From an uncultured Methanosarcinales archaeon (GTDB lineage: Archaea > Nanobdellota > Nanobdellia > Woesearchaeales > JACPBV01), in contig CAZNZT010000008.1 in NCBI GenBank assembly GCA_964577685.1, positions 761 to 64,760 of the forward strand: 64,000 nucleotides of DNA. The letters run 5' to 3'. Position numbers and translations under genes: made by a program. Below the pieces are notes generated by a model. That model worked only from the letters and a program-made list of their open reading frames with translations. It did not search any database and had not been told where the DNA came from. Positions within the stretch are counted from its first letter, which is position 1. The number at the start of each line of letters is the position of its first letter. Below are positions 37,216 through 46,087 of the stretch, in pieces.

Positions 37216-38397
37216 ATGAACATTCAATACTTAGGTGTAATTGTATTCATTCTCTTGATGGTATTATTTCTATTGATAAAAAGAAAGAAGATAACAATCC
37301 AAAAAATCTTCTTTCCATTTATATATGTAATCATGTACAAAACCAAATCTGGAGTAAGGTTTATGGAAAACTTTGCAAAAAAGTTTTCTAAACAAATAAA
37401 ATATATAAGTTATTTATCGATTGTAATTGGATTCCTAGGGATGTTTCTAATCTCCTTTGCACTGCTTCAGAATACATATAGACTAATAACAAAATCAAAG
37501 GCAGTAGCTAGTTTTGGAATAGTATTACCTGTTGAAGCAAGAGGTGTATTCTATGTTCCATTCTTCTATTGGATAATATCGATTTTCATTGTTGCAGTAG
37601 TCCATGAATTCTCACATGGTATCTTTGCAAAGAAATACGGGATAAAAATAAAATCAAGTGGATTAGCATTTTTAAGCATTATTATTCCGATTGTACCAGC
37701 AGCTTTTGTTGAACCAGAAGAAGAAAAACTAAGAAAGAAAGAAGCAATAAAACAGCTAAGTGTTTTCTCTGCTGGTCCGTTCTCAAATATTTTGTTAGCA
37801 TTTATAGTAATAGGTGTAACAATATTGTTAAGCATACCAATCTCAAATAAAATAATTGAAGCAGATGGAGTATTAATCACAGGAGTAATAAATAATGTCT
37901 CCTACCCAGCAAAAAAAGTTGGAATCACAGAAAATGAATTAATCCAAAAAATAGACAATATCGCTGTAAATTATCTAGAAAATTTTTCTTCAATACTAGA
38001 AAACAAAAGGCCCGGGGATAAAATAACAATAGAAACAAATAAATCCTCTTACAACTTGATATTAACCGAAAATCCCAACAACAAAAGCAAACCATACCTT
38101 GGTATTTATGTACAACAACATACTAAAATAAAAAAAGAGTTTATCAGCAAATATGGAAAAATCATTCCATCAACTATTCTATGGTTTATGGGATTATTAT
38201 ATTGGCTATATGTCTTAAACTTTGGAATTGGTCTAGTCAATTTAGCACCAATGGGACCACTAGATGGTGGAAGAATGTTGCTTGTAATATTGGAAAAAAT
38301 ATTCACCAAAGAAAAAGCACGAAGATATTGGAAAAACATAGGAATCTTATTCTTATCACTTTTCCTCATCAATATAATGTTTTCTTTCTTGGGATAA
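37216..38397 (+). CDS. Site-2 protease (M50 family, RseP-like) with an internal PDZ-like domain
   Basis: 'IVAVVHEFSHGIFAKKYG' (HExxH in a TM helix). PDZ-like segment 'DGVLITGVINNVSYPAKKVGITENELIQKIDNIAV'. 'NFGIGLVNLAPMGPLDGGRML' (NxxPxxxLDGG). Confidence 0.75.
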   Translation: MNIQYLGVIVFILLMVLFLLIKRKKITIQKIFFPFIYVIMYKTKSGVRFMENFAKKFSKQIKYISYLSIVIGFLGMFLISFALLQNTYRLITKSKAVASFGIVLPVEARGVFYVPFFYWIISIFIVAVVHEFSHGIFAKKYGIKIKSSGLAFLSIIIPIVPAAFVEPEEEKLRKKEAIKQLSVFSAGPFSNILLAFIVIGVTILLSIPISNKIIEADGVLITGVINNVSYPAKKVGITENELIQKIDNIAVNYLENFSSILENKRPGDKITIETNKSSYNLILTENPNNKSKPYLGIYVQQHTKIKKEFISKYGKIIPSTILWFMGLLYWLYVLNFGIGLVNLAPMGPLDGGRMLLVILEKIFTKEKARRYWKNIGILFLSLFLINIMFSFLG

Positions 38398-38418
38398 ATA
38401 AAGCAAAAACAGACTATT

Positions 38419-39840
38419 CTAATTAGAAGAGTATCTCAAATCCGGATTTCTAGCAGCTCTAACAGCATCTAATCTACCAACTGGCATACTAAACGGAGCA
38501 TTATGTAATAGTTCTGGTTTATTCTCAGCCTCAGCCCTAATCTTCCCCATTACCCTGATAAAATAATCCAATGTTTCTTTGCTTTCAGTTTCAGTAGGTT
38601 CTATCATCATGGCTCCATGAACAATTAGCGGAAAATATATTGTCATAGGATGTATTCCATAATCAATCAATCTTTTGGCTATATCTGTGGTAGTAACACC
38701 ATTAGGTAAAGCTTCATCACTTAAGACAAATTCATGTTTACATAAGGAATTATAAGGAAGCACATAAACGTCCTTTAATTTCTCTTTTAGGTAGTTTGCA
38801 TTCAAAACAGCATTTTCTGCAACTTTTCTTAAACCATCCGAACCAACAGCCCTAATATAAGAATAGGCTTTCACCGTAACACCAAAATTACCATAAAAAG
38901 ACTTTACCTTCCCAATTGATTTGGGGTTATTAATAAGATTATATTTGCCTTCTTTAAATATAATCCTCGGATTAGGTAAAAATCTTTCTAAGGTCTTTAC
39001 AACACCTACTGGCCCAGAACCAGGACCCCCACCACCATGTGGAGTTGAAAAGGTTTTATGGAGATTTAGGTGGATAATATCTATTCCCATATCTGCTGGT
39101 TTCGTTACACCTAGAAGAGCATTCATATTTGCTCCATCCATATAAACTAGACTTCCATTTTTGTGCATAATCTTTGTTATTTCTAATATATGCTCTTCAA
39201 ATATACCCAAGGTGTTTGGTATTGTTAACATTATAGCTGCAACATCTTTGTTGATAATCTTTTTCAATTCATCCAAGTCAATTTGTCCTTTATCGTTACT
39301 TTTTAAGGTCATATTCCTAAAACCACACATAGTAGAAGATGCAGGATTTGTCCCATGAGAGCTATCTGGTGTGATTATTATTTTCCTGTCTTCCCCTTTT
39401 TCATTAAAATATGCTTTTATAATCATGAGTCCTGTTAATTCGCCATGTGCTCCTGCAGCAGGTTGTAAAGTGAAAGCGTCCATCCCAGTAATCTCACATA
39501 ACATATTCTCGAGTTCATACATCAATCGCAAACAACCCTGCGCATTCGGCTGTAATGGATGACACTCAACGAAGCCCTCTAATTTAGCAATATCTTCATT
39601 TATCTTAGGGTTATACTTCATAGTGCAAGAACCAAGTGGATAGAAACCATTATCAACCCCAAAATTTCTTCTTGACAACTCTATATAATGCCTTATCAAT
39701 GTTACCTCATCAACCTCTGGTAATTCTAATTCATCTCTTAAATTATCTTTACTTATTATACCATCTCTTTTAGGAACATCCAACTCTGGTAAAGAAACTC
39801 CTATCCTACCTGCTCTGCTTTTTTCAAATATCAATTGCAT
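38419..39840 (-). CDS. gcvPB: Glycine dehydrogenase (decarboxylating) subunit 2
   Basis: PLP-lysine region 'IIHLNLHKTFSTPHGGGGPG'. 473 aa. Confidence 0.9.
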   Translation of the reverse strand: MQLIFEKSRAGRIGVSLPELDVPKRDGIISKDNLRDELELPEVDEVTLIRHYIELSRRNFGVDNGFYPLGSCTMKYNPKINEDIAKLEGFVECHPLQPNAQGCLRLMYELENMLCEITGMDAFTLQPAAGAHGELTGLMIIKAYFNEKGEDRKIIITPDSSHGTNPASSTMCGFRNMTLKSNDKGQIDLDELKKIINKDVAAIMLTIPNTLGIFEEHILEITKIMHKNGSLVYMDGANMNALLGVTKPADMGIDIIHLNLHKTFSTPHGGGGPGSGPVGVVKTLERFLPNPRIIFKEGKYNLINNPKSIGKVKSFYGNFGVTVKAYSYIRAVGSDGLRKVAENAVLNANYLKEKLKDVYVLPYNSLCKHEFVLSDEALPNGVTTTDIAKRLIDYGIHPMTIYFPLIVHGAMMIEPTETESKETLDYFIRVMGKIRAEAENKPELLHNAPFSMPVGRLDAVRAARNPDLRYSSN

Positions 39841-41159
39841 TTTCTTATTATTTCAACAAGCCTGTCCATCTCCTCTTTTGTATTTAACTCGGTAACACAA
39901 AACAACAAACAATTATTTAGCTCTGGATAATAAACACCAATATCTAATCCCCCAAGTATACCACTATCCAAGAGCTTTTTACTAACAGTTTTAGCATCTT
40001 TTACCTTCACTAAAAACTCATTGTAAAATTCTTGTTCAAAAACTATACTACAACCTATTTCCTCCAATCTATCAGCCAAATAATGTGCCTTATATAAACA
40101 CAACTCAGCAAGTTTTCTTAACCCATTTTTTCCAAGAGCAGAAAGATAAACAGTAGCAGCCAAAGCACATAATGCCTCATTACTACATATATTTGAAGAG
40201 GCTCTCTCTCTTCTTATATGCTGTTCCCTAGCCTGTAAGGTCAGTATATATCCAATATTACCGTTTCCATCTGTTGTCTTACCAACTAACCTTCCAGGAA
40301 GCTGTCTTAGATATCTATGTTTTGTAGCCATAATACCCAAATATGGTCCTCCAAAGCTAACTGGATTACCAAGGCTTTGTCCTTCACCAACCACAATATC
40401 AGAATGCTCTCCAGGAGGTTTTAATATACCCAAAGAAGTTGGTTCAATAACACATACATTTAACAAACTTCCATTCCTATGTAGAATATCAGAGATTCCT
40501 CTAAGATTTTCTACACAACCAAAAAAATTAGGTTGCTGTAATAAAAGGGTGGCTGTCCTTTTGTTTATCTTTAATTTTAAATCATCTATAGAAGTTACTC
40601 CATCAGAATAATCCACTTCTACAAATTTAAGGTTATGTGCCCAACAGTAAGTTTTTACAACCTGTCTATAGTCTGGATGTATGGCTCTAGACACAAGTAT
40701 TTCATTTCTCTTTGTAATATTTGAAGCCATTATACAGCTCTCAGCCAAGGCTGTTGCACCGTCATATAATGAAGCATTTGAGACATCCATACCAAATAAA
40801 TTACATATCATTGTTTGATACTCGTATATAGCTTGCAATATCCCCTGAGACATCTCAGGCTGATATGGGGTGTAAGTAGTATAAAATTCACTTCTAGCTA
40901 CAATATGCTTCACAACAGAAGGGATAAAATGTTTATATGCACCAGCTCCAATAAAGTAAGAGAAATCTACTTTATTCATCTTACTTATCCCCTTCAACAA
41001 TTCAAATAATCCGACCTCAGACATAGAAGCTGGAATCTTTAGTTTATCCTTTAAAATAATCCTATCAGGTATATCCCTAAATAACTCGGATATGCTCTTT
41101 AATCCAATTTCTTTGAGCATTGCTTCTCTATCCTTATTAGTATTAGGAATAAAATCCAT
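39831..41159 (-). CDS. gcvPA: Glycine dehydrogenase (decarboxylating) subunit 1
   Basis: 'YTPYQPEMSQGILQAIYEYQTMICNLFGMDVSNASLYDGATA', typical of the GcvPA N-terminus. Overlaps gcvPB by 10 nt. Confidence 0.9.
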   Translation of the reverse strand: MDFIPNTNKDREAMLKEIGLKSISELFRDIPDRIILKDKLKIPASMSEVGLFELLKGISKMNKVDFSYFIGAGAYKHFIPSVVKHIVARSEFYTTYTPYQPEMSQGILQAIYEYQTMICNLFGMDVSNASLYDGATALAESCIMASNITKRNEILVSRAIHPDYRQVVKTYCWAHNLKFVEVDYSDGVTSIDDLKLKINKRTATLLLQQPNFFGCVENLRGISDILHRNGSLLNVCVIEPTSLGILKPPGEHSDIVVGEGQSLGNPVSFGGPYLGIMATKHRYLRQLPGRLVGKTTDGNGNIGYILTLQAREQHIRRERASSNICSNEALCALAATVYLSALGKNGLRKLAELCLYKAHYLADRLEEIGCSIVFEQEFYNEFLVKVKDAKTVSKKLLDSGILGGLDIGVYYPELNNCLLFCVTELNTKEEMDRLVEIIRKCN

Positions 41160-41172
41160 ATTACACCCAAGG

Positions 41173-41574
41173 TTATTTGTGCTCCTTTAAGAAATTTTCA
41201 TATTCTTCAGCACTCATTAGTCTTTCTATCTCTTCCTTATTCTCAATCTTTAACTTCACAATCCATCCTTTCCCGTATGGATCCTGATTGATAATTTCTG
41301 GCTTTTCTCCAAGTTCATTATTCACTTCTAAAACCTCTCCACTAACTGGAGAAAAAACATCTGAAACAGATTTTACACTTTCAATTGTAGCTATTTGTTT
41401 GCCCTGCTCTACTCTCTTACCTTTTTCTGGCAACTCAACAAACACAATATCTGTAAGTTGTTTCTGAGCAAAATCAGTTATGCCTACTATTCCTATATCC
41501 TGTTCTATCCTAATCCACTCATGCTCTTTTGTATACTTCAATTCTCTTGGATTTTCCATATTACCACCCCACAC
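41173..41574 (-). CDS. gcvH: Glycine cleavage system H protein
   Basis: Lipoyl-lysine block 'IATIESVKSVSDVFSPVSGEV'. Confidence 0.9.
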   Translation of the reverse strand: MWGGNMENPRELKYTKEHEWIRIEQDIGIVGITDFAQKQLTDIVFVELPEKGKRVEQGKQIATIESVKSVSDVFSPVSGEVLEVNNELGEKPEIINQDPYGKGWIVKLKIENKEEIERLMSAEEYENFLKEHK

Positions 41575-41589
41575 AAAACCACTCAGTTA

Positions 41590-42702
41590 TTATTTATTAA
41601 GTTTTCCTTTATACTTATAAAACGGTCTTTCAACAATCTTAGCTTTATGCAGTTCTCCCCTTATTTTAATCTCAATCAAACTCCCAACATCAGCTTCAGC
41701 AATATCAAGGATAGCTAAACCAATTGGTTTTTTAAAAGTAGGGGAAAACGTTCCTGAGGTGACTAATCCTATCTTTCTATTATTCTTAAAGACATCATAG
41801 TTAAATCTGGGAATGGCTTTGTCTAAAAGCTCAAACGGAACAACAATCCTTTTTAGATCCCTCTTGGCTTCCAAAAGTGCTTCCTTACCTATAAAATCCT
41901 TAGAAAAATCAACAACAAACCCTATTCCTGCTTCAAAAGGATTTATATTTTCATTAAGCTCATGCCCGTAGAGACTATAACAAGCCTCTATTCTTAATGT
42001 ATCTCTTGCTCCAAGGCCAACAGGTTTTAATCCTAAATCTTTTCCACACTTTAGAAGCCTATTCCACACATCAATGGCTCTCCCTGAGTTAAAATATATC
42101 TCAAACCCATCCTCAGCTGTATAGCCTGTTCTTGATATCACAAAATTTTCATTGAAAAAAAATTTTTCAATAAAATCAAATCTCTTCAACAAAGAAAAAT
42201 CAAAATCAAAACTATCATTGATTATCTGTTCAGAAAAAGGTCCTTGTAAATCTATCTTCGCTATGTTATTGCTTATATTAATAATAGTAACATCATCAAA
42301 AAAATCCTTATTCTTCATAAGCCAACCAAAGTCCTTGTCAACATTACTCGCGTTTACAACCAGCATAAATTTTTTATCATTAAATTTATAAACAAATAAA
42401 TCATCAATAACACCACCCATCGGATTGCATAAACAACAATAAAAAGACTTATTACAATCAAACTTACTTATGTCTCTTGTTACCATTTTTTGCAAAAAAT
42501 CATGAGCTCTCTCACCTTCAACAAGAATCTCACCCATATGGGAAACATCAAAGAGTCCTGCTTTATTTCTTGTTGTATTATGTTCTTCAATAATACTCGT
42601 ATAAGAAACAGGCATTAGCCATCCACCGAACTCTATAATTCTTGCTCCAAGTTTTAAATGTAAGTCGTACAGTGGTGTTTTCTTTAAATCAGGCATAAAC
42701 AA
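41590..42702 (-). CDS. gcvT: Aminomethyltransferase (glycine cleavage system T protein)
   Basis: 'KKTPLYDLHLKLGARIIEFGGWLMPVSY' N-terminus and GcvT folate-binding domain. Confidence 0.9.
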   Translation of the reverse strand: MFMPDLKKTPLYDLHLKLGARIIEFGGWLMPVSYTSIIEEHNTTRNKAGLFDVSHMGEILVEGERAHDFLQKMVTRDISKFDCNKSFYCCLCNPMGGVIDDLFVYKFNDKKFMLVVNASNVDKDFGWLMKNKDFFDDVTIINISNNIAKIDLQGPFSEQIINDSFDFDFSLLKRFDFIEKFFFNENFVISRTGYTAEDGFEIYFNSGRAIDVWNRLLKCGKDLGLKPVGLGARDTLRIEACYSLYGHELNENINPFEAGIGFVVDFSKDFIGKEALLEAKRDLKRIVVPFELLDKAIPRFNYDVFKNNRKIGLVTSGTFSPTFKKPIGLAILDIAEADVGSLIEIKIRGELHKAKIVERPFYKYKGKLNK

Positions 42703-42807
42703 AAAAGAAAAAAATTAAGTTTAAAAACATTATTATTCTCAAATATATGGCTCAGGTAGTATAGAAGCATCCAAAGAAATTTAAATGGTCTAAAAATAAA
42801 GTTTAAT

Positions 42808-43509
42808 ATGATAAGCGTTATCCTAATAGAACCAGAAAATCCAGGAAACATAGGGGCTATTGCAAGAGTAATGAAAAATTTTAATTTTAAGGATTTAATT
42901 CTAATCAATCCAAAATGCAATCATTTATCAAAAGAAGCACAGGATAGAGCAACACATGCAAAAAAAATACTAAAAAAAGCAAAAACAAAACCAATCTCTT
43001 ACCTAAGAGGCTTTGATTATATAATCGCCACAACAGCAAAACTAGGAACTGACTTCAATATAGCAAGGCAGCCTATAAGCCCAAAAGACTTAGCACGAAA
43101 GCTAGAAAAAATAAACAAAAACATGAAAATAGGCCTAATGTTTGGCAGAGAAGGAACAGGCTTAAGAAACAAAGAAATTTTAATGTCAGATTTTGTTGTT
43201 ACAATCAACACATCCAAAGAATATCCAACCATGAATATAAGTCATGCAGTAGCTATTGTGTTATATGAAATATTTCAAATATCAAAACAAAAGAAGATAA
43301 ATCAGCATATTCTTTTTGCAAAGAAAAAAGAGAAAGAGAACATATTAAAACTTCTAAATGAGATATTAAATAGGCTTAATTTTAAAACAGAATCAAAAAA
43401 GAAAACCCAGGTATTAGTCTGGAAAAGAGTCTTAAATAAAGCATTCCTAACGAAAAGAGAAGCATATGCCATATTCGGGTTCCTGAGAAAGTTGGAAAAG
43501 TTTAAATAA
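42808..43509 (+). CDS. SPOUT-class RNA 2'-O-methyltransferase (TrmJ/TrmH-like)
   Basis: 'ISVILIEPENPGNIGAIARVMKNFNF' N-terminus like TrmJ. Knot region 'GLMFGREGTGLRN' and 'NISHAVAIVLYEI'. Confidence 0.7.
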   Translation: MISVILIEPENPGNIGAIARVMKNFNFKDLILINPKCNHLSKEAQDRATHAKKILKKAKTKPISYLRGFDYIIATTAKLGTDFNIARQPISPKDLARKLEKINKNMKIGLMFGREGTGLRNKEILMSDFVVTINTSKEYPTMNISHAVAIVLYEIFQISKQKKINQHILFAKKKEKENILKLLNEILNRLNFKTESKKKTQVLVWKRVLNKAFLTKREAYAIFGFLRKLEKFK

Positions 43510-43531
43510 TAAAAAAATCAGCATAGTAAAA

Positions 43532-44116
43532 ATGGATTTAGTAACAAAAAATATTATAAATGGCTTTGCCAATATTAGAAAATCAATCTTCTCTGACCCA
43601 TCAATATTCTGGTTCTTAACACCAATCTTTCTCTTCTGGTTAATATTGGAAATATACTTCAGCAAGTATAAAAAAGAAAAACTTGGTTGGAATACAGCTC
43701 TCGGAAATGGATTAAGCATATTCTGGCTTTTGATAATCTGCCTTAGACATCTATTTGAAAACAGGATGGAAAATTTCAGCTGGGGTAGGTTTATAGCGCT
43801 TATCTTAATTCTTTGTTATGTAGTTTTTATAATATTCAACTCATTCACCCATAAATTAAAGGAAAGTATATCTTTCCTGCTAGCAGCACCAACATTAGTA
43901 TATTATTTATCAGCCGTAACTATACTTTGGACATTCGGAGGTCTGGAAATAACCTTTTGGGTAACAATAGACCTAATACTCATATACATAGTTATTCTCC
44001 TGATTGATTTAATATTAAGAAAGCTAATAAAAGGAAAAGAACAGAGCATAAATGGGCTTGATATTAGCCTTTTGGATAATAATTCAGTGGACCTAAATAA
44101 AAGACAAAAATTCTAA
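43532..44116 (+). CDS. Hypothetical polytopic membrane protein
   Basis: 194 aa, 5-6 predicted TM helices, no motif recognised. Confidence 0.35.
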   Translation: MDLVTKNIINGFANIRKSIFSDPSIFWFLTPIFLFWLILEIYFSKYKKEKLGWNTALGNGLSIFWLLIICLRHLFENRMENFSWGRFIALILILCYVVFIIFNSFTHKLKESISFLLAAPTLVYYLSAVTILWTFGGLEITFWVTIDLILIYIVILLIDLILRKLIKGKEQSINGLDISLLDNNSVDLNKRQKF

Positions 44117-44121
44117 GTCTC

Positions 44122-44901
44122 CTAAAAAGAAGCTCTATTTTTTTTATAAAAAACAAAAAAAGAAATAGAAAAAACAAAGATACTAACAATCTGTGATGCT
44201 GTCAAAAAACCAAACAGATACCAATTATACGACCTAAAAAACTCTATCGCAAACCTTGTAGCAGAGTAATACATTAAAACAAATAATGTCAAAAAACCAT
44301 CGTATCTCTTTTTTTTGTCCAACCACCTTAATATAAAAAATAAAACAAGTAAATTAGCTATAATATATAATCTAGCAGGATGAAGTGGCTCAGTGATAAT
44401 CTTGGTGTTAGAATATCTAACAATAGCCCATGGTAGGTTTGTTGGTTTGCCTCTACAACTATCATTCGATACAAAACAACCTAGCCGAGCAATAGACAAT
44501 ATAATAGGAAAATATAAAGCAAAAACATCAGAATATTTCCAAAAATTTATTTTTTTGAACTTACAATAAGAATAAATAGAAAGTACAGCACCCAAAAGCC
44601 CACCATAAAGAACAAGACCAGAACGCCAAAACATAAAGAACTTAATTATCCTCTGAAAAAATGTATAGCTTCTATTCCATGTCCAAGGACCAAAATAATA
44701 AAAAAGCCTTGCACCAGCTATGATACCAACTATTGAAAATAAAATAAGATAAAACATATCTCTCTTGTTAAGTTTTCTCTTTTTCGCTTCATGAAATACA
44801 AGAAAAATCCCTACTAGAGTAGCAAGATAAGCAAATGTTCTATACACCTCTATCCTAAAAAAAATAAAATCAAATCTTTTTAATTGTGGAAAATAGAACA
44901 T
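44122..44901 (-). CDS. lgt: Prolipoprotein diacylglyceryl transferase (bacterial-type Lgt)
   Basis: Lgt blocks: 'GARLFYYFGP' (G.R.GY..), 'FWRSGLVLYGGLLGAV' (W.GG...HGGLIG), signature 'ARLGCFVSNDSCRGKPTNLPWAI' (GR.G(N/C)F.N.E..G.PT.LPW), and C-terminal 'HPARLYIIANLLVLFFILRWL...GFLTLFVLMYYSATRFAIEFFR', which aligns closely with E. coli Lgt '[22 protein letters not shown]...GLFLIGYGAFRIIVEFFR'. Confidence 0.8.
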   Translation of the reverse strand: MFYFPQLKRFDFIFFRIEVYRTFAYLATLVGIFLVFHEAKKRKLNKRDMFYLILFSIVGIIAGARLFYYFGPWTWNRSYTFFQRIIKFFMFWRSGLVLYGGLLGAVLSIYSYCKFKKINFWKYSDVFALYFPIILSIARLGCFVSNDSCRGKPTNLPWAIVRYSNTKIITEPLHPARLYIIANLLVLFFILRWLDKKKRYDGFLTLFVLMYYSATRFAIEFFRSYNWYLFGFLTASQIVSIFVFSISFFVFYKKNRASF

Positions 44902-44902
44902 C

Positions 44903-45124
44903 TTAGGATTCTACTTCACTTTCATCTGTAATATTGTCTTCCTCATCATCATCATTGCAAGAATCACAACTATCACAGTCATCACAGCTATCACAGTCAT
45001 CACAGCTATCACAACCTTCACAGCCACTTAAAGTAGTTGTTATAAAGAATAAAGAGATATACAATAATATAAATACCAAAGCACACAATTTCTTGTAATC
45101 TATTTTATCTGGTTTAGCACCCAT
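44903..45124 (-). CDS. 73-aa putative lipoprotein: signal peptide plus lipobox (L-S-G-C), then a Cys/Asp repeat (CDSCDDCDSCDDCDSCDSC) and an acidic tail
   Basis: 'KKLCALVFILLYISLFFITTTLSGCEGCDSCDDCDSCDDCDSCDSCNDDDEEDNITDESEVES'. Ends 1 nt before the lgt start on the same strand. Cys-x-x-Cys repeats suggest metal binding. Confidence 0.55.
   Translation of the reverse strand: MGAKPDKIDYKKLCALVFILLYISLFFITTTLSGCEGCDSCDDCDSCDDCDSCDSCNDDDEEDNITDESEVES
44958..45020. repeat. Tandem roughly 12-nt repeats (GTCATCACAGCT-like) that encode the CDSCDD repeats of the mini-lipoprotein
   Basis: 'tatcacagtcatcacagctatcacagtcatcacagctatcaca' is directly visible. Confidence 0.5.
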
Positions 45125-45168
45125 ATTACTAAAATTGTTTATAATATTGCTTATATATAAAATTTACC

Positions 45169-46068
45169 TTAAAAAAATTGCACAACATAAAGAAAGAAGG
45201 GTATTGAAAATAAGCCAATAAGTGTGGTTACAAGAACCACTGAGGCAACTATATCTGCATTTCTTTTATATTTTTGACATAAAATCATAGACATCACTGC
45301 AGAAGGCATTGAGGCTTGAAACAATATAATCTTCCTCGCTAAACTACTTACAGAAAACAGGTTTATAACAAAAAGTGCAACTAAAAAACCAAAAAATATC
45401 CTAAATAATGAAGCAAAAAGCGATAATCTTATTGAACTCAGCCTTGTCTCTGTTAACTTATAACCCAAAACCAATAACGCCAATGGGATAGTTATAGAGC
45501 CTATCATCTGAATTGGCTTAAATATCAATTCCGGAATAGATATCTTAAGTAAACTAAAAAACAATCCAACAACAACAGAATAAATCAACGGAACTTTAAA
45601 AATTTCTTTAACTTCACTCCTATGGTGGACAATATAAATTCCAAAACTAAATAAAAGAAGAGAATTCATCATATCATAAACAACTGCCCTTGATAGCCCA
45701 GCAACTCCAAAAGAAAACAAAGCAACTGGGTACCCTAAATAACCTGTATTCCCAATCACCATCGGTAAGTATAAACCAACCTTTCCTGATTTAGTCGTCC
45801 TAAGAATCAAAAAAACAAAAAACCAAAGAATCAATGCTACAAAGACTGCGGATGATGCTATCTTAAAAAAATCTATCAAGTCTATATTGCTTCTAGATAT
45901 TGAGGAAAATATCAAACATGGTGCTGAAAGATATACAATTAAATCAACCATTGGCTGGATATTTATTTTTATAAATTTCCCAATAATATAACCTACAAGA
46001 ATAATCAAAAAAACAGGAACAATCGTCTGTAATATTGGTATAAAAACCATAAGAAAAGCAAAAAACAA
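45169..46068 (-). CDS. AEC-family (auxin efflux carrier / malate permease-like) membrane transporter
   Basis: Ten TM helices. 'MVIGNTGYLGYPVALFSFG' and N-terminal 'IVPVFLIILVGYIIGKF' are typical of PF03547. Confidence 0.7.
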   Translation of the reverse strand: MFFAFLMVFIPILQTIVPVFLIILVGYIIGKFIKINIQPMVDLIVYLSAPCLIFSSISRSNIDLIDFFKIASSAVFVALILWFFVFLILRTTKSGKVGLYLPMVIGNTGYLGYPVALFSFGVAGLSRAVVYDMMNSLLLFSFGIYIVHHRSEVKEIFKVPLIYSVVVGLFFSLLKISIPELIFKPIQMIGSITIPLALLVLGYKLTETRLSSIRLSLFASLFRIFFGFLVALFVINLFSVSSLARKIILFQASMPSAVMSMILCQKYKRNADIVASVVLVTTLIGLFSIPFFLYVVQFF

Positions 46069-46087
46069 GATTCATATTAAAAGTTTA

